Source: Verrucomicrobiota bacterium (lineage in GTDB: Bacteria > Verrucomicrobiota > Verrucomicrobiia > Limisphaerales > UBA8199). Taken from it: DNA of 64,000 bases. A program made the position numbers and the translations under genes. The stretch spans positions 895 to 64,894 of the forward strand of contig JBEKJO010000012.1 of the NCBI GenBank assembly GCA_050011195.1. The letters are read 5' to 3'. Positions 44,901 through 52,923 of this stretch are shown here, in pieces. The notes beneath the pieces were generated by a model, which was not told where the DNA came from, did not search any database, and was given only the letters and a program-made list of their open reading frames with translations. Positions within the stretch are counted from its first letter, which is position 1. Every line of letters starts with the position of its first letter.

Positions 44901-47859
44901 ATACCGTCCCATTGTCATAAGCCCCGCCCTGGAAGGTGGTGCCGTAGAAATTACCATCCGGGCCCTGTGCCAACGCGGCAAAAGGAGTCGCGCCATCGTT
45001 CCCCCCGGTAAAGGAGTAAAGGCCCGTAACCGCGCCGCCATCGGTCATTTGAAACACCGTTCCCGCCAGGTTCGTTCCGCCGTGTTGAGCAGTGCCGTAG
45101 AAACTGCCGTTGGCGACCCGCAGCAGCCCGTTCGGGTTGCCGCCATCGCTGCCGCCCGTGAACGAATACACCGTGCTCAGGGTCGTCCCCGGCGCGGTCA
45201 CCGATGTGACCGTCAGCACCGCTCCGGAACTGGCTGCCACCCCGTCGGCATTGCCCACCACCACGGAATACGTTCCCGCATCGGCCAACGACGCGCTCGC
45301 GAGGGTCAGGCTGCTCGAAGCCGAGCCGGAAATGTTGCCGCCGTCGCTTAAGTTCGTTCCGTTCTGCTCCCACAGATAGAACAGCGGCTGGTTGCCAACC
45401 GCCGTAACCGTGAACGTCACCGTCTCGCCCGCCAGCACCGTCTGGCTGCTCGGCTCAACCGTAATCACCGGGCGCCACGGGAAGACCGCCAGAAACGCCT
45501 CGGTGCTGACGACCGCTCCGGCGGCGTTGCTCACGATGACCGAGTAAGCCCCCGCCTCGGCGGGCGTTGCGTTGCTGATCACCAGCGTGCTCGCGGCGGA
45601 CCCGGAGACGTTGCCGCCATCCGTGAGATTGGTCACATACAGGCCGTTGTCGTATTGCCACTGGTAAGACACCCACGCGCTGTTCGCCACTCCCACCGTA
45701 AAGCTCGCCGTCATCCCCTCGAATACCGTCTGGTTGGTGGGCTGCGACGTAATCACCGGCGGCGCAACGATGTCCAGGTTGACTGTGCCGCTCTGGCCCA
45801 GCCGATTATTCAGGTTGGTGAACCACAGCGTGGCCGCGTAATTGCCGACCGCCAAGCTGCTCGCCGCCCCGGTCAGCGTCACGGCTACCGTCGCAGCCGG
45901 CCCGCCATTCGTGAGCATGCCGCTGGCCGGTGACACACTGAGCCAGGGGGCCGTATTGGCCAGCGTCCAACTCAACGGAGCATTGCCGTCGTTGGTCAAC
46001 ACAAAACCTTGCGCCGCCGGGCGGAAGGGACCGCCGAACGGGCCGGTGAACGCGAGCGGCGTTGCGGGTGTAATGCTCAACGGAACGGGCGGTACCAGCA
46101 ACGCCGAGATGAGGTTGCTCCCGTTGGGGGTGCCCCAACCGGTGCACAGGTCGTAGCCGGGGCAGGCGAAAAACTTGTTGGGGCCGCAGCAACCATTGGT
46201 GGTGTTGCCGGTCGTAATGTCGTGGAAGACCAAGGCATAGCTTGACGATTTGCCGATGGCATAGATGGCCGGGTTGATAAACCCGACGCTGGGCTGGCCG
46301 CTGGCCGCCGCCTGCTGATTGATCAGCGCGGCAAAGCCCGCCCACAAAGGCGCCGCGGCGCTCGTCCCGCCTATCACCCCCTGCTCCCCGTGGTCTGCGA
46401 TCAGCCAGATACCCGCAGCGACGCAGGCCACGTCCGGCAGGTTCCGCATGGCCGTCGAGCCTCCGTTGCAGGTCATATCCACCCCTTGCTGCCAGTTCGG
46501 GATCGCGTAGTTGGTGCTGCTCCCGCCCCCGCTGCCGACATACGTGCCGTTGGGTTGTCGGCCCGCGTTCCACACCGTCTCCGACAGCCAGGCCCCGCCG
46601 GGCGCGCTGGTGGTTAAGGATGTCCCGCCGACGACCGTGATATTCGTGCTGTCGGTCGGGGGATAAGGAGCGCACGCTCCGCAATAAGCCCCGTAGTCCC
46701 CGGAAGCCTGGAAGAACGATTGCCCCTGCGCCGCCAACTGCTGGAAGATCTGCTCCTGGGCGGCGGTGGGAGAGGCTGGCCAGGACCAGGACGAGCTGAG
46801 TTGCCGCGCCACCGGCTGTCCGAGGTTATTCGTGTCCGTCGCCATCCGGTTCAAAAGGTCATAGGGATTGCTGCCCGGCGCCGCCTCATAGACGATCACC
46901 CTCGACAGGCCCGGCGCCATGCAAATCGCCATGTCAATGTCCAGCGCTACCTCGACGTTATTGCCGCCCGGCTGCCCGCTAAACCCGTCCACTAGCACAT
47001 TGGTCACGGTGACGTTCGGCAGCCCCGCCAGGTTCTCGTAAGCCAGCACGTCACTGGTGAAGTAGCCGTCAAACTCCAGCAACCCCACCGCCTGCCCCGC
47101 GCCGTCCAGCCCCACCCCCGGAGCGTAGGCCGCCCGGAAATCCCGCCCTATGAACGTCCCTCTTGGTCCCGCGCCCGTCCCCCACGGCTCCGCGTTGGGC
47201 GCCGCCTCGGAGATTTTGCGGAAGGAGAAGGCGGCCTGACTCGCCGGACGCGGCAGCGCATAGTTGTCCAGCCCGCTCACGGCCAATACCGGCACCGCCA
47301 GATCGAGTGACGGCTCCACATCCGGCGCATAGAACGTCCGCCCCTCCGTCGGGTGCTGATAAACGTGCAGCCTTACCTGGAACGTCTTCTCGATGTCCCC
47401 CACCGCCCCGCTCATATCCACCAGCGTCCGGTTGGGATGTGTGCCCGTGACCCGCAGACTGTTGGCTTTCGCATACGCGATCACCGCCTCATAATCCTCC
47501 GGCGTCGGGCCAAACCGCTCCGCGAACTCTCCCGGCGTCAGGTATTGGCGGTAACCCCGGCTGGCGGGGTCATAAAGCTGCCCCAGCAAGCCGGCCAGCG
47601 CCTCCCGGTTGCGCAACGGCAGCCCGATCACCAGCTCCAGCCGGTTTGTGCTCGCCAATCGCTCCAGCGCCGGCAGGCGCCCCACCGCCGGCGGCACGTG
47701 GCCCTGCAACGTCTGTCTTTCCCCCGCCCGCGCGGGCGTACCCTCTGCCAGCCACGCCGCGCAGAGCAAGGCCAGAAGTCCCGCTACAAGCCGCGGTCCT
47801 TGCCTGTTTGCAGTTGGGTGAACACCGGAGTTTGCACATTGGTTGGTAAGCTTTCTCAT
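41950..47859 (-). CDS. Giant secreted protein: pro-kumamolisin activation domain, S53 (sedolisin) peptidase, Ig I-set modules, GloVer-type repeats, and a C-terminal KFYRV module
   Basis: Propeptide block YRQYLTPGEFAERFGPTPEDYEAV. The S53 Ser context is GGTSAAAPLWAGFAALINQ. There are many LYSFTGG.DG..P.A.L..G.DGNFYGTT repeats and Ig modules (..YQWQ.NGTNL..AG.Y.V.VSN..G). The start is ATG 47859 or 47868; the ORF track gives 47919. Confidence 0.9.
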   Translation of the reverse strand: MRKLTNQCANSGVHPTANRQGPRLVAGLLALLCAAWLAEGTPARAGERQTLQGHVPPAVGRLPALERLASTNRLELVIGLPLRNREALAGLLGQLYDPASRGYRQYLTPGEFAERFGPTPEDYEAVIAYAKANSLRVTGTHPNRTLVDMSGAVGDIEKTFQVRLHVYQHPTEGRTFYAPDVEPSLDLAVPVLAVSGLDNYALPRPASQAAFSFRKISEAAPNAEPWGTGAGPRGTFIGRDFRAAYAPGVGLDGAGQAVGLLEFDGYFTSDVLAYENLAGLPNVTVTNVLVDGFSGQPGGNNVEVALDIDMAICMAPGLSRVIVYEAAPGSNPYDLLNRMATDTNNLGQPVARQLSSSWSWPASPTAAQEQIFQQLAAQGQSFFQASGDYGAYCGACAPYPPTDSTNITVVGGTSLTTSAPGGAWLSETVWNAGRQPNGTYVGSGGGSSTNYAIPNWQQGVDMTCNGGSTAMRNLPDVACVAAGIWLIADHGEQGVIGGTSAAAPLWAGFAALINQQAAASGQPSVGFINPAIYAIGKSSSYALVFHDITTGNTTNGCCGPNKFFACPGYDLCTGWGTPNGSNLISALLVPPVPLSITPATPLAFTGPFGGPFRPAAQGFVLTNDGNAPLSWTLANTAPWLSVSPASGMLTNGGPAATVAVTLTGAASSLAVGNYAATLWFTNLNNRLGQSGTVNLDIVAPPVITSQPTNQTVFEGMTASFTVGVANSAWVSYQWQYDNGLYVTNLTDGGNVSGSAASTLVISNATPAEAGAYSVIVSNAAGAVVSTEAFLAVFPWRPVITVEPSSQTVLAGETVTFTVTAVGNQPLFYLWEQNGTNLSDGGNISGSASSSLTLASASLADAGTYSVVVGNADGVAASSGAVLTVTSVTAPGTTLSTVYSFTGGSDGGNPNGLLRVANGSFYGTAQHGGTNLAGTVFQMTDGGAVTGLYSFTGGNDGATPFAALAQGPDGNFYGTTFQGGAYDNGTVFRVTASGVLTNLISLNITNGDLPYAGLTLGSDLNFYGTTYQGGAAGFGTAFRISTNGTLTTLYSFSAGSDGGFPAAGLLRGSDGNLYGTTYQVGAYGYGTVFQITASGALTTLTTLASFNNTNGAFPLAGLAQAGGTFCGTTTGGGAFNNGAVFQWSLVGALTDLYSFTGGSDGSYPMAPLLEGSDGNFYGTTAYGGTYGDGTVFRLTPGGSLTTLVAFDGYAGANPEAALIEDADGSLLGTTQNGGASDEGVIFRLSFSGAPQITSQPASQSVYVGADVVLGVAVFGTSPFSFQWQKNGTNLVDGGNLSGSAARLLTLGNVSLADSGTYSVIVSNALGLARSADAVLSVTSSPPFITVQPTNQSPAPGATVTFAVTAFGNLPLFYQWQENGTNLADGGNLSGSATSTLTLFNVLETNSGTYAVIVSNALASVTSTGAVLTVIPVSAPGTRLATLVGFGPASGGGLTPNGLMLATNGDLYGTTQYGQAGNPLGLGTAFRMTTNGILTTLVSFAGTNGVGPQAALVQGSDGNLYGTTEYGGTNWVGNVFQMTPEGALSNLYSFAGGVDGRFPVAPLLSASDGNLYGTTPTGGTYGYGNIFKLTLAGAFTNLYSFTGGLDGNGPTGALMQGADGNFYGLTPYGGAYGKGNAFRLTPGGVLTTIYSFTGGRDGYTPAGALVQGLDGNFYGTTTLGGLGSPGTAFKLTPNGALTTLHSFGNYLNPDGLYPQAGLVQSIDGNLYGTTLSDLLTGYGTVFGVSPNGSTFATFVFFDGFDDGAQPAAALVEDTDGNLYGTTTTNGPGGQGTIFRLSFTGPPQITAQPASQAVLGGANVLFNPAVSGARQFFYQWQKNGTNLVDGGNLSGSTNRILSLANVSLADAGTYSVLVSNALGSVTSAAAHLTVVFPPVFLSVVRSNCTLSLTWSAAVGQEYRLQYKSSLASTNWSYLGGLMGSLITATGSAVTASDNLCTNAQKFYRVVLYPQVQ

Positions 47860-48421
47860 ATAGCACATGCCCTTTCGATTGGCTCCACTGAACCAGAACC
47901 GACCGGTTACATCAAGCACTTTCCTCCGCGCCGCTCAATCGGTAGGGCGCGCTGTCCTCAGCGCTCCGTGGCTGGCAACCACCGCGACCCAAACTTCTCC
48001 GGCTATCAACTATCACCCCCCCGGCTATCTCTGGACAGCAAGCGCGGCTGGCCGCCCGCCCAACGCCCTCCTCACATTATCCACACACCGTCCTCACACC
48101 GTCCTCACACTGCTGCAGAGCCGACTTTGGCATGGAGCCTTTCGGGGGATCACCACAAAACCGACAAATTAACAGATAATTGCTGTCATGCGGGAGTCGG
48201 AACGCCTGACCCGTGCGCCCCCGGCTATCAACTCCTCAAGTTTGGAACACGCTTGGAACCAGCGTGGTACTACGGTGTTGCTACGGCTCCACGACGGCCT
48301 TTCTCCCGCGACTCCGCCAGCCCGCCGGCTCCCCCAAACGGCCCCGCTCCCCGCCCCACCCGCCAAACCCGGCAAATTGACGGCTGGCAATTGACGCCCT
48401 GAGCCTCAGCGTGCGCGTACC

Positions 48422-48537
48422 GCCGGAGTGCGCCCGTCCTCGGGCGCAGCAGGCTCCGACCCGCCCGGCACGTTGGAATGTTCCAAGACTCCATTGCTTG
48501 CGGACGTTGCTGCGCCCGAGGACGGGCGCACTCCGGC
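48422..48537. repeat. 30-bp perfect inverted repeat (gccggagtgcgcccgtcctcgggcgcagca / its reverse complement) with a 56-nt spacer
   Basis: Read directly. The arms lie at 48422-48451 and 48508-48537, and each arm contains its own 6-bp mini-hairpin gcgccc...gggcgc. Confidence 0.9.
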
Positions 48538-48679
48538 CCCAGCCAATTCGGTCCTTGACGAGAATCCGCGCCCCGGCTTTCATTCTCGCATGGCAGGAAC
48601 GACGTTTCTGGAGCTCCCGCAGGCAGGCGCCCGGCCAGGGAGTGGAGGATAATAACATTATTAGTCTGTGAGGCGGCCC

Positions 48680-48982
48680 ATGCAAGAGCACGACAAATTC
48701 GAGGTGCAGTTCCGCTTTGCAGTTGCTGGCCTATTGCAGGTTATCCTATTTGTGTTTGGGCTTGATCAGTTGACCAGGTATCGGGATTACAGCCACGAGA
48801 TTTGGAAGCACTTTTGGATCTCCGCCGCCGCCGCAGTAGCAGTTGCCGTTGTGTGGCCCTTGCTTCGGCGGGGAGCCGTCTGGCTACGTGTTTTGGCCGC
48901 GCTATTCTGTTTGTTCCCGTTCCTGCTGTTTTGCTATGTGATTGCGGCTCACTTCGACATCCTCCCTAAGTGGATGAAATGA
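48680..48982 (+). CDS. Hypothetical small membrane protein (locally low GC)
   Basis: MQEHDKFEVQFRFAVAGLLQVILFVFGL...AAAAVAVAVVWPLL...LAALFCLFPFLLFCYVIA has about 3 TM segments. Its stop overlaps the next ATG (ATGA). Confidence 0.5.
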   Translation: MQEHDKFEVQFRFAVAGLLQVILFVFGLDQLTRYRDYSHEIWKHFWISAAAAVAVAVVWPLLRRGAVWLRVLAALFCLFPFLLFCYVIAAHFDILPKWMK

Positions 48983-49392
48983 AGACAACCACCGCCATCT
49001 TCGTGCTCTTGCCGATTGCGTTCGAGACCTATGTGTGGTCTCTCCCACTCCCAATAGATGACCCGATGTGGATACTGTTTGCAGTGTGGATTTTATTGAA
49101 CATTGCCTGCTTGGCCTGGGGCATTTTCATTCGCAGCAAACATCCCCGGCTGGCGTGGTGTTGCTTCATAGCCTGCGGCTTGCAGGCGCTCATCGTTCTC
49201 TTGCCGGCATTTATTCCACCAGGCAAGACAAAGACCGTACCGGCTACGGCGTCGCGCTGCTTGCGGTCTCACCCGGCTGCTGCAGGCAATCGCCGGATTA
49301 CGTCTCTCTTGCATTCCGGGCACATTTGGACCGCCGCGCCCGAGCAGTATTGTTATTGGTCCATACAACGCAACGCCTTGCTTCCGAAATAG
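48979..49392 (+). CDS. Hypothetical small membrane protein (locally low GC)
   Basis: MKTTTAIFVLLPIAFETYVW...MWILFAVWILLNIACLAWGIF...WCCFIACGLQALIVLLPAFI. It is translationally coupled to the previous ORF. Confidence 0.5.
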   Translation: MKTTTAIFVLLPIAFETYVWSLPLPIDDPMWILFAVWILLNIACLAWGIFIRSKHPRLAWCCFIACGLQALIVLLPAFIPPGKTKTVPATASRCLRSHPAAAGNRRITSLLHSGHIWTAAPEQYCYWSIQRNALLPK

Positions 49393-49472
49393 CGCCTGAA
49401 GTGGGCGGCCTCGTAGCGGATAGCCTCTGTAGCACTGCGCGCGGCTGCCAAATCCTTCGCCCAGGCCGCCAA

Positions 49473-50246
49473 CTACAGCAGCCGCAGCAAGAGGCTCAAG
49501 GTCGCTATGAGGCCCAGGCCGAGGAAGAAGTTCGTGAGCACGAGGGCCTTGTGGTGCTTGAGGATTTCGCCCAGCACCGCGTGGATGGCGAGGTAGAGGA
49601 ATCCGCCGCCGACGTGCGCCACGACGGCATCCAGCCAGAATGCCGAGATGTGGGGCAGGAAAACCAGGCCCAGCACGCCACCCAACAGGGTGGTGGACTC
49701 GACCGCGGCCACGCGGGCCAGGGTTTGCGCGCGGCTGAAACCCGCGCCCAGCAGCAAAGCGCCCAGCGCCAGGCCCTCCGGCACCTTGTGTACGCACACG
49801 GCCATGACAAGCGAGAAATTCAGCACATGGCCGCCGGGGGCGTGCGCCGCTTCGGCCTCGTGACCCGCCGCCAGCGCCACGCCGTCCGCCGTGCAGTGAA
49901 CGGCCAGGGCCAGCATCATCGCGCCGGCGATCTCACTGAAATGGTGGGCGGCGGCTTCGTCGAAATGGCTCGCCGCGCAAGCCGGGCAGACGTGATACAG
50001 GTATTTGCTGATAAAGAAGAAGACGGCGTAGCCGGAAGCCAGGGCCAGCAAGACCCCCCACCAGCGCACTCCTTCGAGGCACTCCGGCAGGATGGCAAAT
50101 AGGGTCACGCCCAGGAGCGTGCCCGCGCCAAGGCTGATCAAGGCGCACAGCCGCTCGTGCGAGCTGCCTAGCGACGCGCCCAGAGCACCCCCGCCGACAG
50201 CCAGCGCAAAGGCCAGCGTCACGTAGGCGAGAGAGAGGTTTTCCAT
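49473..50246 (-). CDS. ZIP-family divalent metal (zinc) transporter, ZupT-like
   Basis: Eight-TM pattern with the HKVPEGLALGALL signature and a His-rich loop (HEAEAAHAPGGH). Confidence 0.85.
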   Translation of the reverse strand: MENLSLAYVTLAFALAVGGGALGASLGSSHERLCALISLGAGTLLGVTLFAILPECLEGVRWWGVLLALASGYAVFFFISKYLYHVCPACAASHFDEAAAHHFSEIAGAMMLALAVHCTADGVALAAGHEAEAAHAPGGHVLNFSLVMAVCVHKVPEGLALGALLLGAGFSRAQTLARVAAVESTTLLGGVLGLVFLPHISAFWLDAVVAHVGGGFLYLAIHAVLGEILKHHKALVLTNFFLGLGLIATLSLLLRLL

Positions 50247-50252
50247 GATGGT

Positions 50253-51149
50253 TCAGGGGAGCCTTGGCCCTCCGCCGCCCCGATTCAAGCGGACCATCTT
50301 CCGGGCGAGGAAAGCCAGGCTGTAGATCACGCCGAGCAGGACCACATCCGCCGGCCCAACCGGAAGGTCGTACCGGTAAGCGATGCAAAAGCCGACAAAA
50401 GAAACCGCGCCGCCCAGCAGTGAGGCGAAGACGGTGAGCTGCCGCATGTTGGCGGCAAAGAGATGGGCCGTCAGCGCCGGGATCAGCAGGAAGCCAAAGG
50501 CGATCAGCGGGCCGACGCTCAGCACGGCCATTGACACAGTCAACCCAATCAGCAGATACAACAACGCGTCCCACGCCACCACGTTCTTGCCGAGCGTGGC
50601 CGCCATCGCGCGGTCGAACGAAACCAGCAGCAACTCCCGGTGAAACAACGCCAGTGCCACCACCACCACCGCCAAAGCCGCTCCCGTCAGCGCCAGATCA
50701 ACGTTATCAACGGTGATAATCTCCCCCTTCATCAGGTCCAGCCAGCCGACCTCCGAGTAGCGGTTCTTCGAGAGCAGCAGGATGCTCAACGCCGCCGCCA
50801 CCACGTAGGCGCTGCCCAGCCGCCCTTCCGGCAGGCCGCGCCGCCGCCGGTCCAGAAACGCCAGCACCAGAATCGCCGACAGGGAAAATACCGTCGAACC
50901 GGCATAGGCCAGCAGATGTTCACTATGGAGGGCGTGCTCCGGCTGCAGGATGCCGAGCCACATCGGCACGCACAGCGCGATGGCCACGCCCGTCGAGGAG
51001 ATTTGCGGCAAGGCCACACCCATGAATACGAGCCGGCGCAAAACGAGAAACACGCCGACCAGCGGACAGGCGAACCCAATGAGCACGCTGGTATAGACCG
51101 AATTCCGCAGCAGGAAATCGGGCGCGAGGATTTGACGGAGTGTTTCCAT
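50253..51149 (-). CDS. Metal ABC transporter permease (ZnuB/TroCD family)
   Basis: ABC-3-type multi-TM protein. ATG 51149 lies 1 nt from the ATPase stop. The ORF-track N-terminal extension overlaps the ATPase gene. Confidence 0.85.
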   Translation of the reverse strand: METLRQILAPDFLLRNSVYTSVLIGFACPLVGVFLVLRRLVFMGVALPQISSTGVAIALCVPMWLGILQPEHALHSEHLLAYAGSTVFSLSAILVLAFLDRRRRGLPEGRLGSAYVVAAALSILLLSKNRYSEVGWLDLMKGEIITVDNVDLALTGAALAVVVVALALFHRELLLVSFDRAMAATLGKNVVAWDALLYLLIGLTVSMAVLSVGPLIAFGFLLIPALTAHLFAANMRQLTVFASLLGGAVSFVGFCIAYRYDLPVGPADVVLLGVIYSLAFLARKMVRLNRGGGGPRLP

Positions 51150-51150
51150 A

Positions 51151-51870
51151 TTAACCGCCGACCTCGATGTCCAACACCTCGGCCAGGTGCTCGGGCCGGA
51201 GCAGTTCAGCGGCCGTCCCGGTGCGGACTGTGCCTTGATGGAGCCAGATGACTTGCTGCGCATGATGGCGGACCAGGTGCAAGTCGTGGGTGACCAGCAG
51301 AATCGTCAACCGCCGCTCCTCATGGACCTGGGAGATGAACGCCAGCAGGGCCTGGGTGGCGGCGGCATCGACGCCTGCGGTCGGCTCGTCGAGCACGAGA
51401 ATATTGGGTTTGGTGGCCAGGGCGCGGGCAATGAGCACGCGCTGTTTTTGGCCGCCGGAAAGCTCCGCAAACCGCTGGCGGGCGAACTCCTCCGCGCCGG
51501 TCGCTTGCAGGCACTCGCGCACAAAGGCCCGCTCGCTTTGCGGGACCAGCCGGCCCGGGCCAACCCGCCCATACACGCCCATGAGCGCCACGTCGTAACC
51601 GGTCACCAGATAGAGCGGGTCGAACTGCGTGGCTTGGGGCACGTAACCGAAAACGGGAGCGGCCCCGGCAGGCGCGCTGAAGCGGATGCCCCCCGCGATG
51701 GGCGGCTGGAGACCCAGCAGGGTCTTGAGCAGGGTGGATTTGCCCGACCCGTTGGCGCCGAGAATGGCGGTGAAACTGCCACGCGGGATGGACAGCGAAA
51801 TGCCGGAAAGCACCGGCTGGCTGTCATAGCCGATGGCCAGGTTGTCGAGTGTAATGAATGGCTCGCTCAT
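51151..51870 (-). CDS. Metal ABC transporter ATP-binding protein (ZnuC-like)
   Basis: Walker A GANGSGKSTLLK, signature LSGGQKQRVLIARAL, Walker B ILVLDEPTAGVD. The start is the internal ATG (MSEPFITLDNL). Confidence 0.9.
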   Translation of the reverse strand: MSEPFITLDNLAIGYDSQPVLSGISLSIPRGSFTAILGANGSGKSTLLKTLLGLQPPIAGGIRFSAPAGAAPVFGYVPQATQFDPLYLVTGYDVALMGVYGRVGPGRLVPQSERAFVRECLQATGAEEFARQRFAELSGGQKQRVLIARALATKPNILVLDEPTAGVDAAATQALLAFISQVHEERRLTILLVTHDLHLVRHHAQQVIWLHQGTVRTGTAAELLRPEHLAEVLDIEVGG

Positions 51871-51937
51871 GGGCAGTCCAAGCGGGCCTGCCGGACGCGA
51901 CGGACGCCCCGGCAGGGCCACAAGTCCGGCGGCCAGA

Positions 51938-52867
51938 CTATCCTCGTTTTGCCTCAGCCGCAACCAGTGTGTGGACGATATAGTCCATCATCTCGATATA
52001 GGTGCTGGTGTGGGGAACGCCCCCGGGCATGATCGGCAGTTTCACCAGCGTGGCCCCGGTCTCTTGGGCGATGAGCCTGGGCACCCTTTCCGGGAACTGC
52101 GGTTCGCGGATCACGATCGGGACATGCTCGGTTTTCATGCCGGTGATGGTTTGCTCGATGTGCCGCGGGGTGGGGTCAATGCCCGGCTTCAACTCAATCG
52201 TGCCGAAAACCTTCATCCCGAAGCGTTCGGCGAAGTATTCCCACTCCTCGTGGTAGGAAATGAACTGGACGCCTTTGAGCGGTTTGGCCTCCGCCTGCCA
52301 CTGGGCAATCTTCGCGTCAAGCTTGGCCAGGTAGGCCGCCCGATTGCGAGCGAAGTCCGCCTGGTACTGCGGGGCAATCGCCACCAGCGCTTCGTAAATG
52401 TGCTGGATGGCCGTCTTGGCCAGCACCGGATCGAGCATGTAATGCGGATTCCCATACGGATGCACGTCCCCTTCCGAGTGGTCGGTGGATTTGGGCACCG
52501 CCAGCGGCACGATGCCGGGCGAACAATCCACGTAGCCGGGTTTGCCGTATTGGATGCGGGGGTTCTTGCTGGCTTCCAGCAACGCGGGCAGGAACGCGTG
52601 TTCGCAGCCAAATCCCACGGAGACCATCAGGTCGGCCCGGTTCATCACCGGCACGAAACTCGGTTTCATGGGCACGCCGTGGGTGTCTTCGACGCCCGTG
52701 GCGAGGCTGAACACTTCAACGTGATCGCCTCCAATCTCGCGCGCGAAGTCGGCCAGGTCGGTCAGCGTGGTCACCACGCGAATTTTGGCGGCTTGAGCCG
52801 GCGAGGGTGCGAACCCAATCGCCGCAATGGTCGCCGCTGACAATAGATGGAACAGTTTCGATTTCAT
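51938..52867 (-). CDS. Periplasmic metal-binding protein (ZnuA/TroA family, cluster A-I SBP)
   Basis: Signal peptide MKSKLFHLLSAATIAAIGFAPSPAQA, with metal-ligand contexts EDTHG, DVHPYGNPHYMLDP and YHEEWEYF. Confidence 0.85.
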   Translation of the reverse strand: MKSKLFHLLSAATIAAIGFAPSPAQAAKIRVVTTLTDLADFAREIGGDHVEVFSLATGVEDTHGVPMKPSFVPVMNRADLMVSVGFGCEHAFLPALLEASKNPRIQYGKPGYVDCSPGIVPLAVPKSTDHSEGDVHPYGNPHYMLDPVLAKTAIQHIYEALVAIAPQYQADFARNRAAYLAKLDAKIAQWQAEAKPLKGVQFISYHEEWEYFAERFGMKVFGTIELKPGIDPTPRHIEQTITGMKTEHVPIVIREPQFPERVPRLIAQETGATLVKLPIMPGGVPHTSTYIEMMDYIVHTLVAAEAKRG

Positions 52868-52871
52868 ACTC

Positions 52872-52916
52872 AACTCACTTAACTCATTTGACTTAATTAA
52901 CTCAACTAACTCATTT
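52872..52916. repeat. 9-nt tandem repeat, 5 units (aactcactt aactcattt gacttaatt aactcaact aactcattt)
   Basis: Read directly. It fills the AT-rich gap between the porin-like stop and the ZnuA-like start. Confidence 0.85.
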
Positions 52917-52923
52917 CATGGGG

